A stretch of 64,000 nt of DNA. Origin: Haliotis rubra (Eukaryota). The stretch spans positions 1,984,001-2,048,000 of the forward strand of contig NW_025766447.1 of assembly GCF_003918875.1 (NCBI RefSeq), read 5' to 3'. Shown here piece after piece: positions 22,850-37,800 of this stretch. A program made the position numbers and the translations under genes. The notes beneath the pieces were generated by a model that saw only the letters and a list, made by a program, of their open reading frames with translations, did no database searches and had not been told where the DNA came from. Position 1 is the stretch's first letter. Each line of letters begins with the position of its first letter.

Positions 22850-25800
22850 ATGGCCGGTCCGAAGGAAGACCCTACTAGCAGATGCTGTTTCTCTGTGATA
22901 TGTTTTTTCACCCTCTGTGTCGGTGTCGCTGTAGGCGTCGTCATCGGCATGTATGTCCTGTGTGACGATCACGGCGACGATACTACACGGCCACCAACTG
23001 TTGAGATGTATAGAGACACGATACCAGATGATACTCTACAAGCTATTCTAAGTGGTGTGAGCAAGACGAAAATTGAAGATAATTTGAGGTAAGACAAGAG
23101 ACAGCAAACATAATGCAGGTCAAAAGTGCTGACTACATAGAATAGTCTATACGTATTGATGTGTATGTGCTCAGTGTGACCTTCAGTCTCCGTGCTATTG
23201 CTCAATACTGAGACAATAAAGGCTGCCAAACCTCGGGTACACGTGTTTCGGGGTCAGTTTAGAGGGTATTCCGGATTCGACTCTGTAGTACGCGAGACCA
23301 GGGGCAGTTTAGAGGGTATTGCGGAATCGGCGGTGTAGTACGCGGGATTGGGCACTCTCCTACCCAGAGTTCCATGCGGCAAGCCAGCATAGTATCTCTG
23401 CCACAGGCCAGAAAATGTGACGATTCGTCACATCTTGCAATGTCCATTCAATATAATGTACAGATTATTTTAACTGTTTTATTTTTGACGAGTCTACACA
23501 TCTAACTATAACATCTTTAATAGAATGGTTTAGTTTCACTGAGAAAATATCCCAAAACATGTAACACTATTTCGATTTGCTTAGCGATCCTTTGTTTACA
23601 TAGGTTGTACGGCTCCACGTGCTGTCATCGAAGCTGTTTGAGAGCAAACGATGCAGCCACTTTGATATCTAAATATGTACTGTCATAGACCTTACTGTCG
23701 CAGTTGTGGAAGAATATACATGTAACAATGTAAAACATTATGAAGAGAGCGCCGAAAAGCTTTCGTGAGTCCAGTCTCTTCTTATCATGAATATGCGCGT
23801 TTGATTACAAACAAGAGAAAAGTCCGGTCACGTGATATGCAAATTAGCCTGTGACAGTGATATTATGTTAAGTCATCCCCGTGCCGGAGTGTGGGGATTC
23901 AGGTCAGTTTAGAGGGTATTCCGGATTCGGCGGTGTGGTACGCGGGACCAGGGGTCAGTTTAGAGGGTATTCCCGATTCGGCGGTGTGGTACGCGGGACC
24001 AGGGGTCAGTTTAGAGGGTATTCCGGATTCGACTCTGTGGTACGCGGGACCAGGGGTCAGTTTAGAGGGTATTCCCGATTCGGCGGTGTGGTACGCGGGA
24101 CCAGGGGTCAGTTAAGAGGGTATTCCGGATTCGGCGGTATGGTACGCGGGACCAGGGGTCAGTTTAGAGGGTATTCCGGATTCGACTCTGTGGTACGCGG
24201 GATTGGGGTCAGTTTAGAGGGTATTCCCGATTCGGCGGTGTGGTACGCGGGACCAGGGGTCAGTTAAGAGGGTATTCCAGATGGGCGATGTGGTACGCGA
24301 AAGTAGGGGCCAGTTAAGAGGGTATTCCGGATTCGGCGGCGTGGTACGCGGGACCAGGGATCAGTCTAGAGGGTATTCCGGATTCGGCGGTGTGGTACGC
24401 GGGACCAGGGGTCAGTTTAGAGGGTATTCCGGATTCGGCGGTGTGGTACGCGGGACCAGGGGTCAGTGTAGAGGGTATTCCCGATTCGGCGGTGTGGTAC
24501 GCGGGACCAGGGGTCAGTTTAGAGGGTATTCCGGATTCGACTCTGTGGTACGCGGGATTGGGGTCAGTTTAGAGGGTATTCGGGATTCGGCGGTGTGATA
24601 CGCGGGACCAGGGGTCAGTTAAGAGGGTATTCCGGATGGGCGATGTGGTACGCGAAAGTAGGGGCCAATTAAGAGGGTATTCCGGATTCGGCGGCGTGGT
24701 ACGCGGGACCAGGGATCAGTCTAGAGGGTATTCCGGATTCGGCGGTGTGGTACGCGGGAGTAGGGGTCAGTTTAGAGGGTATTCCGGATTCGGCGGTGTG
24801 GTACGCGGGACCAGGGGTCAGTTAAGAGGGTATTCCGGATGGGCGATGTGGTACGCGAAAGTAGGGGCCAGTTAAGAGGGTATTCCGGATTCGGCGGCGT
24901 GGTACGCGGGACCAGGGATCAGTCTAGAGGGTATTCCGGATTCGGCGGTGTGGTACGCGGGACCAGGGGTCAGTTTAGAGGGTATTCCGGATTCGGCGGT
25001 GTGGTACGCGGGACCAGCGGTCAGTTTAGAGGGTATTCCGGATTCGACTCTGTGGTACGCGGGATTGGCGACAGTTTAGAGGGTATTCGGGATTCGGCGG
25101 TGTGATACGCGGGATTAGGGGCCAATTTAGAGGGTATTCCGGATTCGACTGAGTGGTACGCGGGAGTAGGGCTCATTTTAGAGGGTATTCCGGATTCGGC
25201 AGTGTGGTGCGCGAGATTGGGGGCCAGTTTAGAGGGTATTCCGGATTCGGCAGTGTGGTGCGTGAGATTGGGGGCCAGTTTAGAGGCTATACCGGATTTG
25301 ACTCAGTGGTACGCTGGTCTAGGGGTCAGTTTAGAGGGTATTCCGGATTTGGCGGTGTGGTACGCGGGTCCAGGGGTCAGTTTAGAGGGTATTCCGGATT
25401 CGACTGAGTGGTGCGCGAGATTGGGGGCCAGTTTAGAGGGTATTCCGGATTCGACCCTGTGGTACCCGGGTCTAGGAGCCAGTTTAGAGGGTATTCCGGA
25501 TTCAGTGGTGTGGTACACGGGACTAGGGGCCAGTTTAGAGGGTATTCCGGCTTCGACTGAGTGGTACGCGGGAGTAGGGGTTAGTTTAGAGGGTATTCCG
25601 GATTCGGGAGTGTGGTGCGCAAGATTGGGGGCCAGTTTAGAGGGTATTCCGGATTCGACTGAGTGTAGCGGGTCTAGGGGCCAGTGTAGAGGGTATTCCG
25701 GATTCGGCGGTGTCGTACGCGGGATTAGGGGCCAGTTTTGAGGGTATTCCGGATTCGACTGAGTGGTACGCGGGAGTAGGGGTCATTTTAGAGGGTATTC

Positions 25801-28800
25801 CGGATTCGGCAGTGTGGTGCACGAGATTGGGGGCCAGTTTAGAAGGTATTCCGGATTCGGCGGTGTGGTGCGCGAGATTGGGGGCCAGTTTTGAGGGTAT
25901 TCCGGATTCGACTGAGTGGTACGCGGGTCTAGGGGCCAGTTGAGAGTGTATTCCGGATTCGGCGGTGTGGTACGCGGGTCTAGGGGCCAGTTTAGAGGGT
26001 ATTCCGGCTTCCACTGAGTGGTACGCGGGAGTAGGGGTCATTTTAGAGGGTATTCCGGATTCGGCAGTGTGGTTCGCGAGATTGGGGGCCAGTTTAGAGG
26101 CTATACCGGATTCGACTCTGTGGTACGCTGGTCTAGGGGTCAGTTTAGAGGGTATTGCGGATTCGGCTGTGTGGTACGCGGGACTAGGTACGAGTATAAA
26201 TTGATGAATAAAACCAATTATTTCGTGTCCTTAAAATACAACATTTTGTTTGTAAAAAATGTAGTTATGAGGATACTGATCCAGGGTACTGACCTATGGC
26301 TTCGACTGGCAGTCTAACACTTCACCCCTGTTTCCACAAAAATCCTTTAGTGTATTAGGCCGCAAAATTACATACAATAGAACGATTACTACTCTCTTGT
26401 TGACATCCATGTTTGGTGGTTATAAACCCAGACCTGTTTCTGTCATCGTTCCCTTCATGCCCAGGTGATGAATATATAACAGGGTTAATTAGTGGTAACA
26501 CTACTCAGAGCACGTGACAATCTGATTGGCAAGTCTTGTGTCTGGGGTAATAACTGACCCTCATAAATTCAGGTTTGATGTGCGGCAAATGTATAACATG
26601 TTATGTAATATGCACGTGGAAGCGAACACTCTATACAGTCATATCCTGACGTAAGAAAAACGTCCACTGTTAAAAGCTATACCAAACTATACCTTCATTG
26701 ATTGGCTCCTTGTCCAATCAAATGATTCTTAAAGAAACGTAGCCATCATGAAAATAGTTGTCACCTGTGCTATCTCGGGTGATGAAACTTTATACTATTA
26801 CGGCAGAGTGTAAAATCCCTAACAAAGTCACGTGGCCAATAGAATAACTATTACGAGTTATAAAATACTGAAATTTATATACATTATGGATTATTCAGCC
26901 CAACAAAAGAAACAAAGAAAGTGTAATCCCAAATACAACATATGTTACATTTGACCACTTTCTAAATGGCTTTGTGTATTCATTACAATATTAGATTGTC
27001 GCCTGTTGATATGAAGTTATAAAAAAGTCCTACCCGAAAATGTCCCTCTGTTTGAAGGAAAGGTTAATACGGCATCTAAGACGGCCATGGATACAGTAAT
27101 ATCTGGAGAAGGTGTTGTACATGGATATGTGGGACACAAGTTGTACTTGTACGTGTAACATTTCTGTTGGCGCGTGTAAGTTCCATAGTCTGAAGTACAT
27201 CACCAGCTACGTAGCTGATACAACAGCCATCTACTGGTGCGGTATTATCTGCTATCGAATCATCGGCTCTGGTTACAATATCTTCTTGATAGTAACATCT
27301 ACGTAGAAAGTAGTATTTGTCATGTACGAAACCTAATCTTGTCTAAGAGGCGACTGAATTAGATTGGGTGGCTAGACATATTGGCGTCATTAATCCCAAT
27401 ACTGGTCTTGTCTCTAACCATACGTGTCCAGCCAAGTGTGGAGCGCGCGGAAATATAAACACACCATAAAGAATGTTTTAAAGACGACAACTGGGGTATT
27501 TGTTGACAGATGGCTGTCGGAGTTGCCCCACATCGCCGGCAGTGACAGGAACAAGGAGCTGGGCCGCAGGATCTACAATTACTGGAGGGATGTTGGTCTG
27601 GACGATGTCCAAACTCGGGAATACGACGTACTACTGTCCTACCCGACACTGAGAACCCAAACATAGTGTCGTTGTTAGACAACACTGGAAACCCGATATA
27701 CTCGTCGCCGAAGACGGAGAAAATACTCACCCCAGAGGAGAACAAAACAGGAGTTGTCCCCCCTTTTTTGGCGTTCGCCAAGGCTGGAGTCGTCCAGGTA
27801 CCGATTACACAAATATGACCCGCCTCTTAGTTTCAGAATTGATCCCAAGTACCCATGCCTACCAAACTGAGGTTTGAGTTGTCAAATTGGCCGTTCCTTT
27901 TGAGTATTGACTGACAACATTTCCCGAGTGTCCGTTATCAGATCCCTGTAAGGATTGTTTCCCCTGTGATAAACTGCTCATTGCTAGCATAAAGCCCTTA
28001 CTGACGTCAGCACAGCACAGCACATCATAAGCACATCATACTGTCTGTATTTCACAACAACCGCACTATAGCCTTAAAGCCATGCACGAACTGAGCACTG
28101 TTTCTTGTCCAGGGTGATCTAGTGTACGTCAACTACGGCCGTGTTGAGGACTACGTCACCCTCTCAAACAACTCCATCAACGTCACCAACAAGGTCGTCC
28201 TTGCTAGATACGGAGGAATATTTAGAGGAGATATAGTAAGTACGAATAATTACAGCACAAGGAACTGCAAGATCGGTGTCTAGTTAGTTTCTACATAACA
28301 GGGTACAGGGTAAAGCATTTGTGTTGCTGGAGCCTGCTGATCATATATATAGTGTGTTGTGTCTTTCCCTTCCACAGGTAAGCATCGCCAGTCTTCACGG
28401 CGCTAGCGGGGTCATCATCTACTCCGACCCACACGACTATGCACCGGACAATACAACCCGCCCGTACCCTAACTCTTGGTGGCTGCCCCCCTCGGGCACA
28501 CAGAGAGGCACAATTGATACCGGAAATGGAGATCCTTTGACCCCGGGGTACCCAGCAACAGGTGCGTGGGTCAAACGCCGCCAGCTTTTAGGGAGCTATT
28601 GGCACGGCGGGTAGCGTGGAGAGATTGACATCTCCACAGCATGATGTTTTCGTTCAAAATAGACTTCAATGGTGGACAGTCTTGGTTAGATCAGATATAC
28701 TGTATATTGGTTATACCAGTACATGGTCAGTTAATGTTACACAGTTTGGATTGAAACATGTTTGTGAAATGATGACTGAACCCGTTTCAGTGTTCCGTTT

Positions 28801-31800
28801 TTACACTGAGGCTGTGTTTCAGAAACTGCCTATCGTATCCAGGAGAAAGCGGTCGACCCTCCCCTCCCCTCTATTCCGGCACATGCCATCGATGCTGAGG
28901 TGGCAGAGAAAATACTCAGGTCTGTGTCACGTGTCGAATTTGTAGTCATGGCAACAATCAGCCATAGTTGGTTATGTTTTCCGTTGACATTAAGGGTCCG
29001 TTCTTGACGCAAGACCATTTTGTGTCGTACATAAATGTTATTTTTTTCAATAAAAGTATTTTCTGCAAGAGATCTGTACTGACCAGTGTATGATACACAA
29101 TGGTGAAGACTGCTTATATTTGTTTCATGTAACATCTTAATCTTTAGAATCCTGTGAATGAAATACATTTCAAACAATCTTTAAAATCTTGTCACTCTTG
29201 GACGAAAATGCGCTATTCTATGCAACGCATACACTCCCCACTACAACCATCCACTTACCATCAATGTATATCTTGCCGGTACGTGTTACCCCCTCAACTG
29301 TTCCTCCCACCTGGTTCCAGCTACCTGGCCGGCCCCCCTGCACCCCCGGAATGGAGGGGGGATCTGAATGTCACATACAATCTGGGACCCAGCTTCCGTG
29401 ATGGAATGTGAGTTGATGCTGTTGTCGCCACACGAGGACACCAGAACCGTACAGAATGTTACTCTCACATTGTTATACTGTATGCCCTGTGATATTTTCC
29501 AGTATACCTATAGTCGCAAACATTTATATATTACTCGCTTCTCTTTAAATGACAGCATTTCTGGTGTCCCCCGCCGTGTTATTGCTGGAAAACTGCTAAA
29601 AGCGGCGTAAAACCAAACTCACTCACTCACTTTAAATGACAGAGTTTTCAACGTACAAAGTTATTAGAATAATTATTTCAATAGTATAAGAAGGAGAAAA
29701 AGGCCAGTTACAGGAAAAACAATTCTGAAGCAAGCTGTAACACCATGTAAATTAGATGATTGTAACGTTAAATTAAATTTAATAACTATTTGAAACATCA
29801 TTGAATAAATGAGATTTTTATCAAGAAATGTAAGTTCGAACAATGATTAAAAATTCTATATCGCGATTATTTAAATAATTCATCTTTAAATATATATGAT
29901 ATATTTGGATGATAAGGGGTTGCTGAAGGTGAAGTTTCTAATCACGGGTGATGCTGCGAATCATTGGCATTCAGAACAGATTTTGGCATTCAGCGGATAG
30001 ATTCGAGATAAAACGGCCGCGTAATCATATTAACTCGTTGTCACTATGTCGTGATGTCACTTTGTTGATTAATGTAGTCAGTCAACAAACATCAACCAGC
30101 AAATGCAAGTAAATATTGTGGTATCAGCAAGTATTAAATCAATTGAACACGGTGTTAATGAACCACGATGTTAAACACGAGGACAACCAAGACTAATTGT
30201 AGTTCTGTGTTCCGCCAGGAAGGTGCAACTTAACGTGTCCACGAGGAACAAACAGAGCAGGATCTCGGACGTCGTAGGAGTCATACAAGGTGCAGAGGAG
30301 CCAGGTACGTCTTCACTCACCTCACTCACTTACTCAACACTCATTGTACTTATCACCCATACAGATTCGTTACTTGATTCAATGTTTTTTTCTTCCAGAT
30401 CGCTATGTAATACTCGGTAACCATAGAGACGCGTGGGTGTTTGGAGCCATGGACCCGTCCGGTGGTACAGCCATCATGTTGGAGATCTCCCGGACTCTCA
30501 AACACGCCATAAACACCAGTATGTGACCAATATGGCGGGGCACGTTTTAAACAAGCAATGATTGGATGGGTTAGCGCGTCCTAACGTTACACTGACATCC
30601 GGTTAGGAGAGATTATTGTTGTTGTCTTCCTGCTTTACGGACGTCGCCTCGTAGGGAATAAGGGCATGAAGAGTGTTATAACCTATTTTGGTAAAATGGA
30701 GGCCATCTTGAATTTTCGGTGGAAACGGGTTTTTTCCGTTTTAGTTGTCACTCACTAACTCACGCATTCTCTTATTGTCACTCACTCACTCACTCACTCA
30801 CTCACTCACTCCACTTCAGCCAGCTGGCGTCCCCGAAGGTCCATCATCCTCTGTAGCTGGGACGCCGAGGAGTACGGATTGTTTGGATCCACAGAGTTTG
30901 TTGAGGTGAATTTTGTCTCTTATCTTTCGTCACGTGGAATTTTAAGATGACACGTCAGGCTAAAGACAAAATTATGTACGCATCGGCTTAAGCCCTATCT
31001 AACCGCATGCACATGTGGCAATAACAAGTCTACTTCGTATTTCAGGAATACGTGAAGACGCTGACGACCAGGGCGGTGGCGTACCTGAACGTGGATATTG
31101 CTGTGCAGGGTAAACAGAACTTGTTGAAGTAAAATGTTATCACCAGATCTCTTCCTCATTACCCGCGCCGGAAGTCTCTGATTTTGTTGACTGTTAGAGG
31201 CGTGATGGGAGTCTCAGGTGGTAACTTGAGTCTTTCGTGGGATTAATGTGTATCGGTTGGGCGAAATGTTTCGCCCGTGTTGTTTCTCAGCTGTGAGCTA
31301 GCTGATTGTGCCACAATAGCAGGCATCGATGCTCATACATTTGGCCAGGGCCTAGATTTTCGAAGCTCTCTTAACGCTAAGATAGTCGTAAGTGCCATAC
31401 ATTAACACTAACTTACGACTATCTTAGCGCTAAGGGAGCTTCGAAAATCAGGGCCCAGGTCTGTATCCATCTCCATGTAATAACAGACACTCTCTGAAAT
31501 TTACGCTTCCAAATCTGTAGATTTTCTTTCCTAAAACTTAAATCGACGGTTATATAGAGCTGATGCATTTTGATCGCTTGTTTCTGCATCAAGGTCAATA
31601 CAGCGTCTCCATTGGTGGATCCCCTCTACTGTACAGAACAGCACTGTCGGCCACACAACAGGTATACATACATACATGTGGAGGGGTGGGTGGATCCCTC
31701 TACTGTACAAAACAGCATTGTCGGCCACACAACAGGTATACATACATGTGGGAGGGGTGGGTGGATCCCTCTACTGTACAGAAATGCACTGTCGGCCACA

Positions 31801-34800
31801 CAACAGGTATACATACATACATGTGGGAGGGGTGGGTGGATCCTCTACTGTACAGAACAGCACTGTCGGCCACACAACAGGTATACATACATGTGGGAGG
31901 GGTGGGTGGATCCCTCTACTGTACAGAACAGCACTGTCGGCCACACAACAGGTATACATACATGTGGGAGGGGTGGGTGGATCCCTCTACTGTACAGAAC
32001 AGCACTGTCGGCCACACAACAGGTATACATACATACATGTGGGAGGGGTGGGTGGATCCCTCTACTGTACAGAACAGCACTGTCGGCCACACAACAGGTA
32101 TACATACATGTGGGAGGGGTGGGTGGATCCCCTCTACTGTACAGAACAGCACTGTCGGCCACACAACAGGTACATACATACATGTGGGAGGGTGGTGGAT
32201 CCCTCTACTGTACAGAACAGCACTGTCGGCCACACAACAGGTATACATACATGTGGGAGGGGTGGGTGGATCCCCTCTACTGTACAGAACAGCACTGTCG
32301 GCCACACAACAGGTATACATACATGTGGGAGGGGTGGGTGGATCCCTCTACTGTACAGAACAGCACTGTCGGCCACACAACAGGTATACATACATGTGGG
32401 AGGGGTGGGTGGTTCCCCTCTACTGTACAGAACAGCACTGTCGGCCACACAACAGGTATACATACATGTGGGACGGGTGGGTGGTTCCCTCACTGTACAG
32501 AACAGCACTGTCAGGCCACACAACAGGTATACATACATGGATCCCCTACTGTACAGAACAGCACTGTCGGCCACACACAGCAGGTATACATACATGTGGG
32601 AGGGGTGGGTGGATCCCTCTACTGTACAGAACAGCACTGTCGGCCACACAACAGGTATACATACATGTGGGAGGGGTGGGTGGATCCCCAACAGGTCTAC
32701 TGTACAGAACAGCACTGTCGGCCACACAACAGGTATACATACATGTGGGAGGGGTGGGTGGATCCCCTCTACTGTACAGAACAGCACTGTCGGCCACACA
32801 ACAGGTATACATACATGTGGGAGGGTGGGTGGATCCCCTCTACTGTACAGAACAGCACTGTCGGCCACACAACAGGTATACATACATGTGGGACGGGTGG
32901 GTGGATCCCTCTACTGTACAGAACAGCACTGTCGGCCACACAACAGGTATACATACATGTGGGACGGGTGGGTGGATCCCTCTACTGTACAGAACAGCAC
33001 TGTCGGCCACACAACAGGTATACATACATGTGGGAGGGGTGGGTGGATCCGTCACTTTACCGTAAAAACACGGTATACCGTAAAAATAATAGCAATCTGT
33101 AATAGTATTTACCGTAAAATATTACAGTACACTACCGTAATAATTACCGTAAAATGAGCTCTGCACCTTCCTGTATTTCTGCTTACTCTTAAACTTGACT
33201 ATCAGAATATGTATGGTGAATTAAAAAAATATATAACTCGACCCAACCTCAACCTAATTCCATCCAACCTCTGTAATAAGATGCTGCAATCCATATCTTT
33301 GTCAACAAAAGAAGACTCAAAGGACGTTTTAAGCAATTTTATTAAAACAAGAAATACATCTGAGTCCAAGCATTGGGCAGACAACAATGCTCAACAACTG
33401 AAGGTAGTTCATCTTGGGTGGTTCATTTATGGTGGTTGACATCTCTAAACTGTTCAAGAGTATAACTGGAGAATAACCCTTACATATGCTTTCATTTGGT
33501 GAAAGATGATGAAAACAACAGCTCATGGCCGATTTAGGTAAAGTGTAAAAAAAAAATAAAACAAAAAAAAACAAGAAATAATTTGTTTCTTCTCCAGCTA
33601 TTAACTCTGCCTTTGTATATAAAATATATCACCCCCAAATACACGTAACTGTTGTTATGACCCAATTCCTCCCACTTGAGCCCCCTTCCAACATGACATG
33701 ACAGTCCCCAAATAATGCTCAAATTTAAGAAAAACGAAACAAAATTTAACCTGAGCCATTTTATTGGCTCTCCTCGTATCAACTGCACTTTTTTCCACTT
33801 CGCCGACATCCACCCCCACACCGCAGCCCCTGCGTTAATGTATGACCAGACCCTTAATGTCAACCGACAAGATCTATCGTTATTACAGCAGATGTTAGCA
33901 ACAGACTTTGCCCATTCAGGCCTCGATCCATTTAAAATCGGCAAGTTCATTGCTGAGCTTGAGAACTTTCACACTCATGACTGTCTTCTTTCTTTTTCCC
34001 TTGCAAGCTTGGATCCTTTGCCTGGATTAATGTGGACGAAGCACCGGAAATGAAGAAATGACATGGAATCATTGTTTCTGTATTATTAAAAGGTCGTTAA
34101 AGCTTTTCACAACCGATCTCGGCCATGATAATAGAACTAAATTACATATTTAGGAAAAACAATATCTGCAATTAATCTTTCAGCTTGATACTGGGGGTGG
34201 GTAGGTCAATGAGACAGGTTTCATATACTTTTAACACGCACAAGGGGACAAGGGTAAAAGCTGTTATCAGTGAATCTAGGCTTCCAATCCACGATAAGTA
34301 GAACCTGGCTGTTAAGGGACATAGCTCTGTACAACAATTTAAGGTAAATATGCAGAACTGCTGCTCCTGGCTTTGAGGGTTTTTTTCAACCCGATTACAA
34401 GAACTTCCCTAGTCATATTTGTCTCCAACAATTCAACAGTTTGTTAAAATACACGTTTCATTACCTCTGTATGGACTCGAGTGTGGCAGCAGTCCCAGTC
34501 TGATATTCTATGTTAAACACATAGAAAGCAGCAAACAGCATAGGACATGCATCAATGAAGCTGGTAAGTCACACATCACAGTGTAGTACTGGAGAGCTAA
34601 ATCTGAGTCACCTGAAAAAGATGCACTATATATCACCAAGATGATACATTTGATATAGATCTAACAATATGCTGTTTAGTGCAAATTTGTTTTCAACTTT
34701 AGACCACTGACGATTGACTTTTGTTTTGCAGAAAGCCTTATTTTGTTATTCAAATAAAAGAAAGAGAATCGCAAAATTCCTATGTATGTTTTGTCGACCT

Positions 34801-37800
34801 AACATCTGGCAACACAACTGAGAAAAGGATTTCCTCTGACAAACAGGGCATCTTGGAGTAATGTAACTGACATCGAAGTACACACCATGGGCTGGAGTGG
34901 CAATTGCCTCAATAGTCTCTGGTGTTGAGGTCACCTGTAAATTTGGTAATGTTGACATAATAGAATCGTGAAAAGGACAGATTGCAGTTATGTATTTGAG
35001 AGTGTAGATCTTGAATTTGTTGAAGACAGCTACCTACAATAGACAATTCTGAGCCTCCTCCATGCTTGCATGATATTATGCCAGTAAAGACACACTAACT
35101 TGACAATGCTAGGATATCATACACGTATGTTTTCAAGAGGCAGGGTCACAAGACATTACTGATATCTGGCTAATGCAGGAATGAGGCATAAATTTCAATA
35201 AGCATTAAACCAATGTTACACAGACCGGGATAAGGGAGTACTTAGAGTGACTCGTCTTCCCCAACAATTTAGAAATTATCCATAAACTACTGATACAAAA
35301 GTACGAAAGGTCATTTCACAAGTGACGAAATAACATGGGAACTGTATATTTTGAACATTTGAGGTGGAGCTGGTGATGGTCAACATAGTGCTTAAGTATG
35401 GACGTTTCAAAACTACAACATTTGCAACCAAACATAACCCTTGTGCACAACTGCCAAAACTCTAGACGGACAACGCAGTCCCTGGCAAAGACACGAGACT
35501 AAACTACAAATAAATACAGCAGAAACTAACATACTATGTCTGTGATACTCGTATCCATGCGGTAAACTCTTCAGTTGCGGTGGTCAGATCCCTATAGTCA
35601 GCCTGTCCCGAACCTCAAACAATGGCGGCATTCATTAAACGATCCCATATTACATCTGTTTACGGTACGAGTATTCTAAGTTAGTAACATGCGGTCAAAA
35701 TAACTGAAATGTTTACATTTTTAGTTTTGGTACACATGACATGGAGGTTAGACTGCTGATGTCATTAAACCAGAAGTGCATACAATTTCCTTTTCTCCAA
35801 TGTAGCCTGATATATTCGTCTTTTGTTTATTATTGGGGTCGATGGGGTAGCCTAGTGGTTAAAGCATTGGCTTGTCACGCCGACGTCCCGTTCGATTCTC
35901 CACATGAGCTCAATGTGTGAAACCAATGTCCTGTATTCCCCATAGATAGGGGTAGCCGCGAAGTCAAAACGCTCACCCGTTATGCTGAAGACGATTCCCC
36001 CTCGTTGCCAGATTGTGTGAAGCACATTTAATTGTGCGGCGAATATTGCTAAAGCGGTGTAAAACATAATCATTCATTTCTGAAAGCCAGAAGTATTTAT
36101 ACAACTGATCATAACTCACAGATGACTCCAGCAGTCACGCGGAAGGATACATAACGTCAAAAGTAACAGTGATTCAAGATATATGTTTCCGGTCGGAAGG
36201 TTTACAGGTATTGAGAAGATTTTAGAGATGGGGGTTGCTCGTGTTATGGATATAATAAATGCAAACGCCGCTCTAGCAGTTACCTTTTGCAGATACGGCA
36301 ACCTGGGCTCAGGGAGTGACTTCACCAACATGAGGTGTCAAGCCGGTGTCCCCGTCCTCGACTTCTCCTACATCTACGACGTGGTAAGTATGGAGTGTGC
36401 TGTTGTATACTGCCAGTAGTTTCAGGTTATGTGATTTTCACGGACGATATACAGGATATATGAGATTTTAAGATTGCTTCAAGTAGATTTGCTCATTAGA
36501 AGTTGCTTGGTAACCAAGGGGTACAAAACTTTTCAAATGTACAATTTAAGCGATGTTTCGGTATCGATCCATAAACGGTTATCAAGCAAGACTTTACACT
36601 GTGTTTCAGCCTCACCATGTCTTACTGTCATGTTTCACCTCCCACAGCGCTTTACCTCCATCGCGGTTCTTCTCTCGACGGGGGCGGTGGGGTAGCCCAG
36701 TGGTTAAAGCGTCACGCCAAAGACCCGGGTTCGATTCCCCAAATGGGTACAAGATATAAAGCCCATTTTTGGTGCCTCCCGTGATACTGCCCGAATATTG
36801 CTAAAAGCGGCGTAAAACCCAACTCACTCACTCACTCTTCTCCCAACGCACTTTACGTCTATTGTATTTCATCTGTCAATGTGCTTTACATGATTACGTT
36901 TCACCTCCCACCACGTGATTTACCTACCTCGTGTTTCACCTCCACTACACTTTACCTACCTCGTGTTTCACCTCCACTACACTTTACCTACCTCGTGTTT
37001 CACCTCCACTACACTTTACCTACCTCGTGTTTCACCTCCACTACACTTTACCTACCTCGTGTTTCACCTCCACTACACTTTACCTACCTCGTGTTTCACC
37101 TCCACTACACTTTACCAACCTCGTGTTTCACCTCCACTACACTTTACTATATCATGTTTCACCTCCACTACATTTTACCTCTATCGTGTTTCACCTACAA
37201 CCACTCTTCCCTCTCTCATATTTTACCTTCCACCACTTTACTATCATTTCTTTAAGTTACCGCTAGTCTGACCGAAATAATTGAAATGCCACGACTGTGA
37301 TTGTTATTAATCTGTAATTGTAATCCTGTTGACGTTATCATGTACAACTTATTGAACGTTTGTGTGTTCCAGACCAAGTGGGACATAGCTTCCTATCCCC
37401 TGTACCACTCAGAATACGAGACATTCTACGCCGTCAAGAATTTCGTCGATGGGAACTTTACGGTAAAAATTAAACTAGGTTCATGCCTGTTATGTTACTG
37501 TAATTGTGTAGCTAGTCGCTATTGGTGAAAAAAGAAATACTATGAGACTGTATTGAACTTCTCATAGTCCTGAATATTGAGAGAAGTTTATTTCCAGCCT
37601 GTGTGAGACCCACCAGGCACAGCTGGTGACTGTACACCCAGTCCACGACCCAGGCTCTGTCTACATTGCTCGTCAGTCCACTGCCATTTCGCATTTCCTC
37701 TCGGTGTCCTCAGTATGTTTAAAGTATCAGAATCAAAAATATATAATCAGTTTCTTTAAAAAGTGATGGTCGAACTTGATACTGTGTTTGAAATGTGGGA

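Noticed and set aside
23881-26317. Gly/Arg-rich ORFs resembling shell or cuticle proteins
   Set aside because: Intronic 51-bp array with frequent frameshifts, no signal peptide and no splice support.
31563-33157. Three ~500-aa overlapping ORFs
   Set aside because: They are stop-free translations of the 71-bp array in all frames. Only 31594-31661 (possibly to 31735) is credible coding sequence.
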